A stretch of 39,044 nt of DNA from assembly GCA_024689365.1 (NCBI GenBank), contig JAILDQ010000190.1, positions 1-39,044 of the forward strand. Direction: 5' to 3'. This DNA comes from Treponema sp. Lineage in GTDB: Bacteria; Spirochaetota; Spirochaetia; Treponematales; Treponemataceae. The notes below the pieces were generated by a model. The model saw nothing but the letters and a program-made list of their open reading frames with translations. It ran no database searches and was not told the DNA's origin. The position numbers and the translations under genes are program-made. Position 1 is the stretch's first letter. Each line of letters begins with the position of its first letter. This document shows, in pieces, positions 1-9,263 of this stretch.

Positions 1-203
1 GGGAACTCTTTTACGCAAGCCTTCCAATCGGTCAAGACCCAGGCCACGCCTTGCGTTTCGCTCACTTCAATCGCGGAATCTCCCGCCGCGTCGGAATGGC
101 GGCTTCCCGCGTTTTCAAAATATTTTAAAATCGAGGCAAGGGTGAGCTTCTGGTTTTTGTCAAAGTCTTCAAGAAGAGGAGAGAATTCTGTCGTGAAAAT
201 CAT
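1..203 (-). CDS. Acyl-ACP thioesterase, N-terminal part (runs off window)
   Basis: Manual translation from ATG 203: MIFTTEFSPLLEDFDKNQKLTLASILKYFENAGSRHSDAAG...GVAWVLTDWK, typical FatA-like N-terminus; AAGGA SD upstream; absent from ORF track. Confidence 0.75.
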   Translation of the reverse strand, partial: MIFTTEFSPLLEDFDKNQKLTLASILKYFENAGSRHSDAAGDSAIEVSETQGVAWVLTDWKACVKEF

Positions 204-217
204 TTAGGGTTTCCTTT

Positions 218-1195
218 TTATTCTTTTATGATGGCTTGGTAAAGTCTGTCCAAGTCGGCGCGGCTAAAGTAATCGATTACCAATTGGCCTTTTTCAAGAT
301 TGCCTGTCAATTGAACTTTTGTTCCGAGCGATTCCATAAATTTTTGTTCGATGGAAATCACGTCGGGGTCGCGGACTCTGACGCCTTCTTTTTTGCCGTC
401 TTTTTTTGCGGCGCGTCCTCCGTCGTTAAGGGAAACGGCTTGCGCTTCCGCTTGGCGAACCGACAAATTGCTTGCGATTATTTTTCCGAACAAAACGCGC
501 TGGTCAGCAGGGTTTACGACAGAAAGCAAAGCTCGCGCGTGGCCGCTTGTTATTTGGCCGACAATCAAAGAGTTTTGCATGTCTTCCGGCAATTTTAAAA
601 GGCGCAAAGCGTTGGCGACTGTAGGCCGTCCCTTTCCGACTTTTTTTGCAACTTCGTCTTGGTTGAGGCCGCCGATTTTCATAAGGTTGTAGTAAGCCTG
701 AGCCTCTTCGATTGGGTTCAAGTCCGCGCGTTGAATGTTTTCGATAAGCGCGACTTCAAGTTTTTTTTCGTCGTTGAATTTTCTTAATTGAACTGGAACT
801 TTTTTTAAGCCCGCCAATTTTGCGGCGCGCGTTCTTCGTTCGCCGGCGATGATGTAAAAAGTTCCGTCGCCCGCGTCTTCTATTACGATTGGCTGAACGA
901 TTCCGTGTTCTTCAATTGAGTCTGAAAGTTCCTTTAATTGAGTTTCGTCAAACACTTGGCGCGGTTGTTGGGGGTTTGGCTTTAACAAGTCTGGAGAAAT
1001 CCACAAGGTTCCGTTTTCGTCAGTTTCTATTGAATCCGGCAAGTCAACGTTTTTTGCCGAACTTTTTTTTGCGGAAGGCCTTGAATAATTTTCTATTTCT
1101 TCAACTGGAGGTTCGTATTCGATTTGCGCTTCTTGTTCGGCCTCGTGCATCAGAGCGTCGATTCCGCGTCCCAAGCCGGTTTTCCTTTTAGCCAC
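218..1195 (-). CDS. parB: ParB/Spo0J chromosome partitioning protein
   Basis: LGRG N-terminal motif, PNPQQPR, IIAGERR, IENIQRADLNPIEEA, HTH, GHARAL; GTG start overlapping parA stop. Confidence 0.97.
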   Translation of the reverse strand: MAKRKTGLGRGIDALMHEAEQEAQIEYEPPVEEIENYSRPSAKKSSAKNVDLPDSIETDENGTLWISPDLLKPNPQQPRQVFDETQLKELSDSIEEHGIVQPIVIEDAGDGTFYIIAGERRTRAAKLAGLKKVPVQLRKFNDEKKLEVALIENIQRADLNPIEEAQAYYNLMKIGGLNQDEVAKKVGKGRPTVANALRLLKLPEDMQNSLIVGQITSGHARALLSVVNPADQRVLFGKIIASNLSVRQAEAQAVSLNDGGRAAKKDGKKEGVRVRDPDVISIEQKFMESLGTKVQLTGNLEKGQLVIDYFSRADLDRLYQAIIKE

Positions 1196-1943
1196 GATGA
1201 ATTACCTCCTCCGCCAATTTTTGATAGCTTTTAGCGCCCACGCAGTCTGGGTCGTATTTGCAAATCGGAAGTCCGTGCGATGGCGCTTCGCTCAAGCGAA
1301 CGTTGCGCGGAATGATTGTACTGAAAACAACGTCTTTGAAATATGATTTCACTTGAACTACGATGTCTTGCGCCAATCTTGTTCGAGAGTCGTACATTGT
1401 GAAAAAGATTCCGCCAATCTTTAAATTTGGGTTCATGCTCTTTTGAACTTTTTTTACGTTTTGAAGCAAGAGGCTGATTCCTTCCAAAGCGAAATATTCG
1501 CACTGCATCGGAATCAAAACCGCGTCCGCCGCGACCAATCCGTTCAAAGTCAAGATTCCGAGCGAAGGCGGGCAGTCGATTAAAATGTAATCGTATTTTT
1601 CCTGAAGGGGTTCCAAAGCGTCCTTTAAAAAGTATTCGCGGCGCTCTTGGTCAACCAATTCAATCGCGGCTCCGGCCAAGTCCAGGCTGGCGCTGATTGC
1701 GTCTAAATTGGGGATGCTTGTTTTTTTTACGGCCTCTTTGGCTTCGCATTCGCCAATAAGGGTTTCGTAAATGGTAGGCTTGTCTTTTGAAACGCCTACG
1801 CCGCTAGACATATTTCCCTGAGAGTCAAAGTCAATAAGAAGAACTTTCTTTTTAGCGAGCGCGATGTAAGCGCCAATGTTTATCGCGGATGTGGTTTTGC
1901 CAACGCCGCCTTTTTGATTTACAAAAACAAAAGTTTTAGCCAT
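1188..1943 (-). CDS. parA: ParA/Soj ATPase
   Basis: NQKGGVGKTT deviant Walker A, DCPP, EYFALEG, IPRNVRLSEAPS; likely start ATG 1943. Confidence 0.97.
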   Translation of the reverse strand: MAKTFVFVNQKGGVGKTTSAINIGAYIALAKKKVLLIDFDSQGNMSSGVGVSKDKPTIYETLIGECEAKEAVKKTSIPNLDAISASLDLAGAAIELVDQERREYFLKDALEPLQEKYDYILIDCPPSLGILTLNGLVAADAVLIPMQCEYFALEGISLLLQNVKKVQKSMNPNLKIGGIFFTMYDSRTRLAQDIVVQVKSYFKDVVFSTIIPRNVRLSEAPSHGLPICKYDPDCVGAKSYQKLAEEVIHRG

Positions 1944-1950
1944 AAAGAAA

Positions 1951-2001
1951 ATTATATCATTTTTGGCTTTTGTTGACAATGGGTTTGACTAATGATATAT
2001 T
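1951..2001. promoter_or_regulatory. Back-to-back sigma70 promoters with overlapping -35 boxes
   Basis: Plus: TTGACA(1973-78)-17-TATATT(1996-2001) with TGn; minus: TTGTCA(1979-74)-17-TATAAT(1956-51) with TGn. Confidence 0.75.
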
Positions 2002-2008
2002 TTTTGTC

Positions 2009-3217
2009 ATGATTCTTTCGGCAACCCTTTCAAAGCCCACAAAACAAGTTCAGGAAATTCTTGGAAAAAATTACGAGCGTGTGAAAATTCGTTTTAAGGG
2101 CGGAAGCGAAAAAGCTTACTATGCCGAATTTTTCACCGAAAAACAAAGTTTTCACCAAAATTTTTCAGAAAAGGAATTGGAAGAATTCCTTAAAAAAAAC
2201 ATAGGCCTTTCTTTTAAAAATTGCGTTGAACGAACGGAAGAAAAAGAAATCACTTTTTTGACAAACAAAAAAGGAAAGACAAGCCGTCTTGAAAAAAACA
2301 TCTCGTCAACTGACAAGGGCGCTTTTGTAAAGCCTTTGAGCGCGAAAGCCGCGGCCAACAATTTTTCAAATCATTCTTCTGCCAGCCGCGTCAAAAATTA
2401 CATCATAAAGGAAGGAACGTCGGTTCCCTTTTTGCAAGCGCTTGGCGTAATGACCGACAGCGGAAAAGTCGTCGCGTCAAAGGCGGACAAATTCAGGCAA
2501 GTGAACCGATTTTTGGAATTGGTGAACGACGTTATCCCGGAAATTTTGCGGCAAAAAAACGCGGCCGGCGACAAGGAGCCCTTGCAGATTCTTGACTTTG
2601 GCTCGGGCAAATCTTACTTGACTTTTGCGGTTCAATATCTTTTGGAAAATGTCAAAAAAATTCCATGTCAAATTGTTGGAGTTGATTTAAAGGAAGATGT
2701 CGTGAAAACTTGCTCCGATTTGGCGCAAGGCCTTAAGATTCAAAACTTGAAATTTGTTTGCGGCGACATTGCGGAATATTCCGGAAAAAATCCCGACCTT
2801 GTGATTTCCTTGCACGCTTGCGACATCGCGACTGACTACGCCCTTAATTTTGCCGTCCTGCGAAAAGCCAAGGCGATTTTGAGCGTTCCTTGTTGCCAAC
2901 GGGAAATCAATTCTCAACTTTCAAAAAATTCCAACCAAACTTTTTCTTCGCTTTTAAAATACGGAATTTTCCGCGAGCGTTTTTCGGCCTTGCTTACCGA
3001 CGCCGTTCGCGCCGAGCTTTTGGAAAAGGCGGGATACAAGGTTCAGGTTTTGGAATTCATCGATATGGAAGGAACGCCCAAAAATTTAATGATACGGGGA
3101 ACGCTAAACGTTTCTGCATCGGAGACGGGAAAAATGGATTTGCCGCTTCCGTCCTTGCTTGAAACTTTTGGCGTAAAGCAAAAATTATTCGACTTGTTTT
3201 GTCAGGAGAAAATGTGA
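2009..3217 (+). CDS. SAM-dependent methyltransferase (Methyltransf_32-like)
   Basis: KFRQVNRFLE, DFGSGKSYLTF, SLHACD, VPCC, TPKNLMI motifs; start ATG 2009. Confidence 0.85.
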   Translation: MILSATLSKPTKQVQEILGKNYERVKIRFKGGSEKAYYAEFFTEKQSFHQNFSEKELEEFLKKNIGLSFKNCVERTEEKEITFLTNKKGKTSRLEKNISSTDKGAFVKPLSAKAAANNFSNHSSASRVKNYIIKEGTSVPFLQALGVMTDSGKVVASKADKFRQVNRFLELVNDVIPEILRQKNAAGDKEPLQILDFGSGKSYLTFAVQYLLENVKKIPCQIVGVDLKEDVVKTCSDLAQGLKIQNLKFVCGDIAEYSGKNPDLVISLHACDIATDYALNFAVLRKAKAILSVPCCQREINSQLSKNSNQTFSSLLKYGIFRERFSALLTDAVRAELLEKAGYKVQVLEFIDMEGTPKNLMIRGTLNVSASETGKMDLPLPSLLETFGVKQKLFDLFCQEKM

Positions 3218-3885
3218 GAGAGAAATTTACATTCAAGCAATTTATCGTTCCAAAGTTTTGGAAGAAATTCATCTTGATGACAGCCGCGATTTTTTTTATG
3301 GGCTTTTTCCTTTCCTTTTTGATTGAAGTGGGCTGGGGAACTGATCCCGCAACTTTCATGAATTTAAATATTGCGAACGCCCTTGGATGGACCTTTGGAA
3401 ACTGGCAGCTTTTTCTAAATGTCTTTATGCTTTTGATTGTAATTATTTTTGAGCCAGGCTTGATTGGTTTTGGAACGATTTTCAACATGGTCTTGATTGG
3501 CTATACCGCGGACTTTTTTTGCTGGCTCTGGTCAAAGAACGGAGTGCATCAATTTATTGCGGACGGAACTTTTGCTGAGCGCTGCGGAGTTTTTTCAATC
3601 GCCATTTTGTGCTTTGTTTTTGTTGCGGCTGTTTACATGAACGCGCAGATGGGCCTTTCGCCTTACGACGCTTCGGCAAAAATTTTAAGTCAAAAATTAA
3701 AGCCGCTTCCATTTTTTGTTTCAAGGATTATTTTTGACATTGGCGTTGTGTTGATAGGATTTGTCGCGTCCCGCTTTGCCGCTAGCGGAATGCGTAGCAG
3801 CGCGGTGGGCGCTACGATTGTCGGCCTTTTATTGGGACCGACAATCAGTTGGGTTGGCTCAAAAATCAAGCCGATGCTCGATTGA
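3214..3885 (+). CDS. YczE/YyaS/YitT-family membrane protein
   Basis: Hydrophobic helices, GWGTDP, IGFGTIFN, MGLSPYD; GTG 3214 with CAGGAG SD overlapping the upstream stop. Confidence 0.8.
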   Translation: MREKFTFKQFIVPKFWKKFILMTAAIFFMGFFLSFLIEVGWGTDPATFMNLNIANALGWTFGNWQLFLNVFMLLIVIIFEPGLIGFGTIFNMVLIGYTADFFCWLWSKNGVHQFIADGTFAERCGVFSIAILCFVFVAAVYMNAQMGLSPYDASAKILSQKLKPLPFFVSRIIFDIGVVLIGFVASRFAASGMRSSAVGATIVGLLLGPTISWVGSKIKPMLD

Positions 3886-3887
3886 AA

Positions 3888-4922
3888 TCAATCGTCATCA
3901 TCGTCGTCGCCTTTAGCGCTTTCGCCCAAAATCATTTTCTTTGTGGCTTTTGACGCGCCTTTGATTTTGCGGTCGATTTTCTTTGACGATGTTTTTTGGG
4001 CAGGAGCTTTTGTTCTTGCGCTCGCTTTTGCTTTTGCCGCGCTGGGCAAGAACTGGCTTTCGCTGTCGTAAACTTTCACGTCAAGCTTGCTGTAAGGAAT
4101 TTCGATTCCAGCCTCGTCGTAAACGCGCTTGATTGCGATGAAGGTTTCGTTTTTGGCCGCCAAGAAATCCGCGCTCTTGAACCAGACCGCAAGCGTCAAG
4201 TTTATTCCGCTGTCGGCAAATCCGTCAAACCAAACAAGCGGCGCCGGATCCTTTAAAACGCTCTTGCAGTATTTTGGCGCGGTTGCCAAAACGTCCAGCG
4301 CTTTTTCCATGTCCGTGTCGTAAGCGACTGAAAGCTGGATGTCCAAGCGACGCTTTTCAAAGTAGCTTGTGTTCTTCAATGTTGAGTTGATGACGGTTGA
4401 GTTTGGAATGCGAATCATTTGGTTGTCGAGCGTGTGAACTTTTACGCTGAGCAAGCTGATGTTGTCCACGATTCCTGTCACGCCAGAAACTGTGATGAGA
4501 TCGCCGATTTTAAGAGCTTTTTCCGCGATTACAAAAAGTCCTGAAATTATGTTGCTGACAGAAGTTTGGGCGGCAAAGGCGACCGCGATACCGGCTACTC
4601 CAGCAGCTCCCCATATTGCCTTTAGTTTGATTCCGAACAAACTCAAGATGAACATTATTAAAATACAATAATATGCGTATTTTAAAAACTTGAGAACTAT
4701 CATAGCGCGATGCGCCGGAAGTTTTTTTTCGGGAATTTTTTTGATTGAGCGAACAATAAATTTGTAGGCGATGATGATTCCAAAAAAGATTACGACGATT
4801 CCAATCAATCTAAAAAGATTGTCCCATGTCATAAAACCTTTTGTCCAATCTGAAAAATTTTTGCAAGCCCATTTTAGGTCTTGAACAACAGTTGTGTCTT
4901 GCGCAGTAACTTGGTTTTCCAT
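3888..4922 (-). CDS. mscS: Small-conductance mechanosensitive channel (MscS family)
   Basis: AFAAQTSVSNIISG, IGDLI, IPNS, FADSGINLTL, GIEIPY. Confidence 0.9.
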   Translation of the reverse strand: MENQVTAQDTTVVQDLKWACKNFSDWTKGFMTWDNLFRLIGIVVIFFGIIIAYKFIVRSIKKIPEKKLPAHRAMIVLKFLKYAYYCILIMFILSLFGIKLKAIWGAAGVAGIAVAFAAQTSVSNIISGLFVIAEKALKIGDLITVSGVTGIVDNISLLSVKVHTLDNQMIRIPNSTVINSTLKNTSYFEKRRLDIQLSVAYDTDMEKALDVLATAPKYCKSVLKDPAPLVWFDGFADSGINLTLAVWFKSADFLAAKNETFIAIKRVYDEAGIEIPYSKLDVKVYDSESQFLPSAAKAKASARTKAPAQKTSSKKIDRKIKGASKATKKMILGESAKGDDDDDD

Positions 4923-4952
4923 TTGACGCTCCTTAAAAATATTATAGCGCCA

Positions 4953-5582
4953 TTAATTTTTTTTGCAAAGGTCTTTGATGAGGCAATCGTCGCATTTTGG
5001 ATTTCTAGCTACGCAAACGTATCGGCCGTGAAGAATCAGCCAGTGGTGGGCGTGTTGCATATAGTTTTGCGGAATGCGTTCCACAAGGCTTTTTTCCACT
5101 TCAAGGGGCGTGGTCCCTTCCGCCAATCCAATTTTTGGGCAAATGCGCAAAAGGTGGGTGTCCACCGGCATGGTGGGCTTTTTAAAAATTACGTTGAGGA
5201 CAACGTTGGCGGTTTTGCGGCCAACGCCTGGAAGGGATTCCAATTCCTCCCGGGTGTCAGGAACCTGGCCGCCAAAATCGTCAAGCAGCTTTTGGCTTAG
5301 GGCTATGACATGAGCCGCCTTTGTTCGGTAAAGGCCGATGGACTTTATGTAGTCCATAAGTTTTTCTTGTCCCAGCGCGAGCATTTTTTTTGGCGTGTCG
5401 GCGATTTTGTAAAGGGGCTCGGTGGCCTTGTTCACGCTCTTGTCCGTGGCCTGCGCGGAAAGGACGACGCTGACCAAAAGAGTGTAGGCGTTCGTCCATT
5501 TTAATTCAGACTGAGGATTGGGATTGGCTTTTTTAAAGCGCTCAAAGACTTTGCGGATTTCCGCTTGCGACAAAAGTTCCAT
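4953..5582 (-). CDS. nth: Endonuclease III
   Basis: LSAQATD, HhH LPGVGRKTA, VDTH, 4Fe-4S C-x6-C-x2-C-x5-C. Confidence 0.97.
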   Translation of the reverse strand: MELLSQAEIRKVFERFKKANPNPQSELKWTNAYTLLVSVVLSAQATDKSVNKATEPLYKIADTPKKMLALGQEKLMDYIKSIGLYRTKAAHVIALSQKLLDDFGGQVPDTREELESLPGVGRKTANVVLNVIFKKPTMPVDTHLLRICPKIGLAEGTTPLEVEKSLVERIPQNYMQHAHHWLILHGRYVCVARNPKCDDCLIKDLCKKN

Positions 5583-5664
5583 TAAGAATACTCTAGCGCG
5601 CTTTTCGCGCTTTTGCTAGTAGAAGTATTTACTGCGCTCTCGCGAGCGCTACTGGCAATAGCAT

Positions 5665-5697
5665 AAAAAAAAGCGGGGCGAACAGCCCCGCGCTTTT
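5665..5697. terminator. Intrinsic terminator (after the minus-strand 5712-6521 gene)
   Basis: A-tract, GCGGGGC-gaaca-GCCCCGC hairpin. Confidence 0.75.
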
Positions 5698-5711
5698 AGA
5701 CTTGAATGGAT

Positions 5712-6521
5712 TTACTCCAAGTCGGTAAGGGTGACGCAAATGTCGTCGTTTTTGTTTTGGAAGGCAAAGCCGTAATCTTTTTTTCCGTTGACCGCGAATC
5801 CAAAATAATAGAATTCGTTAATGTCGTATTGCTCCATTTCCAAAACGCCCTTGTTCTTTCCGCCAACGACATTGACGTAAGAAACGATTGAGCCAAGCGG
5901 AATCCATTTCAATTCCTTTTTGTGGTAGCCGAAGACTTTCATTGAAATAGCCTGCGCACTCGTTCTGTTTATGACTGAAATGTTTTCGTCGGAGTCGTCG
6001 GGAATCTCCGATTCGGCCAAAACATATGAATGCGGCTCGTTGAGGACGGGCTTTGGCGTCATGTCAAGGCCGTCTTCCGGGCGACGGACTTCAAGCAAAA
6101 GCGGCGCGTTGGCCACCTTGCCTCGGCTTTTTGTAGGGTTGAACAAGTAATTGTTGCCGGCTTCTTTTTCTGACGGAACAATGGCGAAGTATCTCATTTT
6201 TCCGAGCGAAGGATACTTGTTTCCGACATCGGTTCTGTCGGCAAAGGCGCGAAGGTTGGCCTTTCCCAAGCTGTCCCATTGTTTTGTGGCCGCCGAGTGG
6301 ACAAAAACTTCAAAGGTGATGTTTCTGTATTCCGTGTAGTTTATGACCCTGATTTTTGAAATGCCTTTTCCCTTTAAGTCCGTGGCGTCAAAGACAAAGG
6401 CGTTTTTGCTCGGCCCGTCAGGCATTTCGTAATTTGTGTCGATTTTAACGACGGCCTTTTGGGCGGCCGCGCTAAAAAGAATTCCAAAGGCAATAATAAA
6501 TGTAGAAAAGATTTTTTTCAT
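5712..6521 (-). CDS. Secreted hypothetical protein with two tandem similar domains
   Basis: Signal peptide MKKIFSTFIIAFGILFSAAAQ after AAGGAG SD; IRVINYT..WDSLG..YFAI repeated as ISVINRT..WIPLG..YFGF. Confidence 0.75.
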   Translation of the reverse strand: MKKIFSTFIIAFGILFSAAAQKAVVKIDTNYEMPDGPSKNAFVFDATDLKGKGISKIRVINYTEYRNITFEVFVHSAATKQWDSLGKANLRAFADRTDVGNKYPSLGKMRYFAIVPSEKEAGNNYLFNPTKSRGKVANAPLLLEVRRPEDGLDMTPKPVLNEPHSYVLAESEIPDDSDENISVINRTSAQAISMKVFGYHKKELKWIPLGSIVSYVNVVGGKNKGVLEMEQYDINEFYYFGFAVNGKKDYGFAFQNKNDDICVTLTDLE

Positions 6522-6573
6522 AAAAGCGCTCCTTATTAGGGAACATTTTACAAAAAACGCCGCCGTCATAAAA

Positions 6574-6588
6574 GGGAGAAAAACTCCT
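6574..6588 (-). promoter_or_regulatory. Palindromic operator AGGAG-TTTTT-CTCCC, putative response-regulator site
   Basis: 23 nt upstream of TAAAAT -10 (6550-6545); same motif and spacing at 9213-9227. Confidence 0.7.
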
Positions 6589-6627
6589 AATTTTCCGCGC
6601 AAGCGCGGCCTGCGCGGCCTGCGTTTT

Positions 6628-7239
6628 TCAACCAAACGCGGCTTCAAGTTCGGCGCGGCTTTTGACGCAAAGCTTGTCGTAAATGTAGCTTACGTAATTT
6701 TCCACGGTGTGGAGCGAGATGAAAAGCTCGCCCGCGATTTCTTCGTTGCTCTTTTGCTGCAAAAGCTTTTCCAAAATGCGCTTTTCCTGCCGCGTCAAAA
6801 GCGGGGAGACCTTTTCGATTTTCGCCAAGGAGCCGCGCGCCTTTCCCTCAAAATATTCCTTGCCCGAAAGAACCGTTTCAAGGCAGCGGACCAATTCCTC
6901 TTCGCTGGCCACCTTGCTGATGTAGCCGCGAACGCCGGCGGCCTTGGCTTGCATTATGTAACCGGCGGTGTCATACATCGAATACATCACGCATTGGACG
7001 CTGGGAAAATCGCACGCGATTGTCTGGGCCAATTCAAGGCCGCTTTCGTTTAAAAGCTGGACATCGACAATTGCGATTTGCGGAAGTTGGTTAAGGCCGC
7101 CGGCGTTTTTTAGGGCTTGCAAACATTCTTGGCTTGTGGAACAAGTCACCGGCACGCGCCAGTCGGTGTTCTCTTCCAAATAATCCTTTACGCCTTTTTG
7201 CATCATTTTGTGGTCGTCTACTATGTAAAGAGTTTTCAT
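6628..7239 (-). CDS. NarL/FixJ-family response regulator
   Basis: IVDDH, IVDVQL phospho-Asp, GYISK, LuxR HTH LTRQE..IAGELFISLHTVENY; start ATG 7239. Confidence 0.93.
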   Translation of the reverse strand: MKTLYIVDDHKMMQKGVKDYLEENTDWRVPVTCSTSQECLQALKNAGGLNQLPQIAIVDVQLLNESGLELAQTIACDFPSVQCVMYSMYDTAGYIMQAKAAGVRGYISKVASEEELVRCLETVLSGKEYFEGKARGSLAKIEKVSPLLTRQEKRILEKLLQQKSNEEIAGELFISLHTVENYVSYIYDKLCVKSRAELEAAFG

Positions 7240-7241
7240 TT

Positions 7242-9176
7242 TTAAATCTCCACGCTGATTTTTATTTGCATTCCGTCGTCTATGGCGGAACGGAAGGAAA
7301 TTTCGGCGGCGATTGTTTTCGCCCGCTCCTTCATTTGCCGTATGCCAAAATGCGTCCGCCAAGAAGCGCTTGCCTTAACTTTTTCCAAGTCGCAGCCGCG
7401 GCCATTGTCTATTATAAAAAGCGTAAGAATTTTTTTGTCCTGTTGGCTTTCTGTCCGCGCCAAAATTTGCGCCTCGGTCGCGTAGGAATGTTTTTCGATG
7501 TTGGCCAGCGCTTCTTGGACGATGCGGACAAGACATTGACACTTTTCCTTTTCGACAAGGATTTCGTCCGCGTTGCCAGCTGCGTTGCCGCCCGCCGCGC
7601 TTTCCGCGTTCAACGAGCATTTTATCTTTGACTTGGCTTCAAACTGCGCGGTCAAGGAATTTAGAATCGAAAGCAAATTAATTTTTTGCCCGGCGGGCGA
7701 GGGGAGTGAAAATTCCGCCGGCTCCAAGCCGTAGCAAATGTTCCTCATGCGGACAATGCAATCCGTGATTTTTTCTATCAAGTCGCTTTGCTTTTGCTCT
7801 TCGCCAGCTTGGACTTTTAGCATTTCCGCGCTGATTCTAATCGCGCGGATGTCCTGCACGATTGAGTCGTGGATGTCGCGCGAAATTTTTCTTTTTTCTT
7901 CCTCTTGAATTCGCCACTCGATTTTTCTTTGCCACGCGACGGAAAATCTTCCCTTTAAAAATTCGTAGAACAAAAGCAGCAAAAACAAAATGGCGAATAC
8001 CAGCCCCGCGCAAACGCGCAAAAGCCATGTCGAGGCGGAATCGTCGCCGATAATACGCGCCTTAAAAAATCCCGCGCCGCTCAACGCCGTAACTTCGTTT
8101 CCGTCGTAAAGCCACTTTATCCTTCCGTCAACGTCTCGGATTACAAGGCCGCGCGCGCTTCCTTCTATCGGTAGCGGATCGTTTTTGCCGAACGGATATA
8201 TGGCGGCGGCGACTTCTTTTGCCGCTTCTGGCCTTAAAATTTGAATGCCGTTTTCGTCGTCGCGCAATTCAAAAAGCTGCGAATAATCCCAAGACCAGTC
8301 TTCTGACGGAAGCCCCACATTTTTCATCGAGCCTTGCATCAATATAAAGTAAAGGGAATCGTTGGCCGCGGCGAATGTCGTCTCGGACCAAATCGCCGCC
8401 GCGTATTCGTAGTTGAGCGGATTTCTTTGTTGTATTGTCACGGCGCTTTTTTGCAAAACATTTCCAGCGTCGTCGCGGCATAGCAAATATTTTTCAAGCG
8501 GAAAAATCGCCATGCCGTCCGCCGGACCCAAAAACTCTTTGGCTTGCCCGCTTTGGACAATCCATTCCATCGCCTCCTTTTCGTATAAAGCCTCGCCGTC
8601 TTGCGCCTCAACCGCGAATATCGGATTCGTTCCGGTGTCGGCAAAGGTGTAAAGCGCGCGCAAAAATCCGTCGTAGTCCGGGCCGTCAGGCGCTTCGATG
8701 TAGGCGTTCCACAAGTTTTTCATAAGCCAAACGGCAAGCGCGCTTTGGCGCTGGACTCCGGCGGCGGAATAATTTCCTTCCGTGTCTTTTTGAGCCGTGT
8801 AAAGCCCTTCATGCAAGAATAAATTACGTTTTCCATGCGCCTCAAAGCGGCCGCAGTGAATCATAAAGTAAAGTTTTTGCGTCTTTGCAAAAAACGCCAT
8901 GCCGTAAATGAACCTAAGCCGCGTGTCGGCGGCCGGCTCAAAAAGAATTTGCGTTTCCTTTGTCTTTTGGTTGAACGAATACAAGCGGTTCTTTTGGTCG
9001 TCCGCGCTTGCGGCGTTGACAAAAAGCCATTGGCCGTCGTTGGATTCCGCCGTCTCAAAGACCACGCTTGTCTTTTCCAAAATTTCTTTTGGAACGTCGC
9101 CCGCAAAAATTGGCGTTTCTAAAGCCAGCGCCGCAAAAAGAGCCGCCGCTATAAATGTTAAAAGGCGTTTTTTCAT
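7242..9176 (-). CDS. HisKA_3 sensor histidine kinase with large extracytoplasmic domain
   Basis: Signal peptide, about 350 aa periplasmic region, TM, ISRDIHDSIVQ H-box, QEALANIEKHS, IDNGRG, FGIRQMKER. Confidence 0.92.
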   Translation of the reverse strand: MKKRLLTFIAAALFAALALETPIFAGDVPKEILEKTSVVFETAESNDGQWLFVNAASADDQKNRLYSFNQKTKETQILFEPAADTRLRFIYGMAFFAKTQKLYFMIHCGRFEAHGKRNLFLHEGLYTAQKDTEGNYSAAGVQRQSALAVWLMKNLWNAYIEAPDGPDYDGFLRALYTFADTGTNPIFAVEAQDGEALYEKEAMEWIVQSGQAKEFLGPADGMAIFPLEKYLLCRDDAGNVLQKSAVTIQQRNPLNYEYAAAIWSETTFAAANDSLYFILMQGSMKNVGLPSEDWSWDYSQLFELRDDENGIQILRPEAAKEVAAAIYPFGKNDPLPIEGSARGLVIRDVDGRIKWLYDGNEVTALSGAGFFKARIIGDDSASTWLLRVCAGLVFAILFLLLLFYEFLKGRFSVAWQRKIEWRIQEEEKRKISRDIHDSIVQDIRAIRISAEMLKVQAGEEQKQSDLIEKITDCIVRMRNICYGLEPAEFSLPSPAGQKINLLSILNSLTAQFEAKSKIKCSLNAESAAGGNAAGNADEILVEKEKCQCLVRIVQEALANIEKHSYATEAQILARTESQQDKKILTLFIIDNGRGCDLEKVKASASWRTHFGIRQMKERAKTIAAEISFRSAIDDGMQIKISVEI

Positions 9177-9212
9177 CTCCGACATTCTATCAAAAAAACG
9201 CGTTTGAAAAAA

Positions 9213-9227
9213 GGGAGTTTTTCTCCC
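9213..9227 (+). promoter_or_regulatory. Palindromic operator GGGAG-TTTTT-CTCCC, putative response-regulator site
   Basis: Perfect 5-5-5 inverted repeat 23 nt upstream of TAAAAT (9251-56) of the GH5 gene. Confidence 0.7.
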
Positions 9228-9263
9228 AATACACATAGAAGAAAAGAATGTAAAATTGGCGCC

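Noticed and set aside
3888-4060. Lys/Ala-rich tail and poly-Asp end of MscS
   Set aside because: Low-complexity disordered tail with no supportable function
4072-4086. parS site (CTTTCACGTCAAG)
   Set aside because: Too many mismatches to TGTTTCACGTGAAACA and inside mscS; no convincing parS seen by eye
6436-7631. Plus-strand 205-aa and 165-aa ORFs
   Set aside because: Antisense to the well-supported regulator and kinase genes
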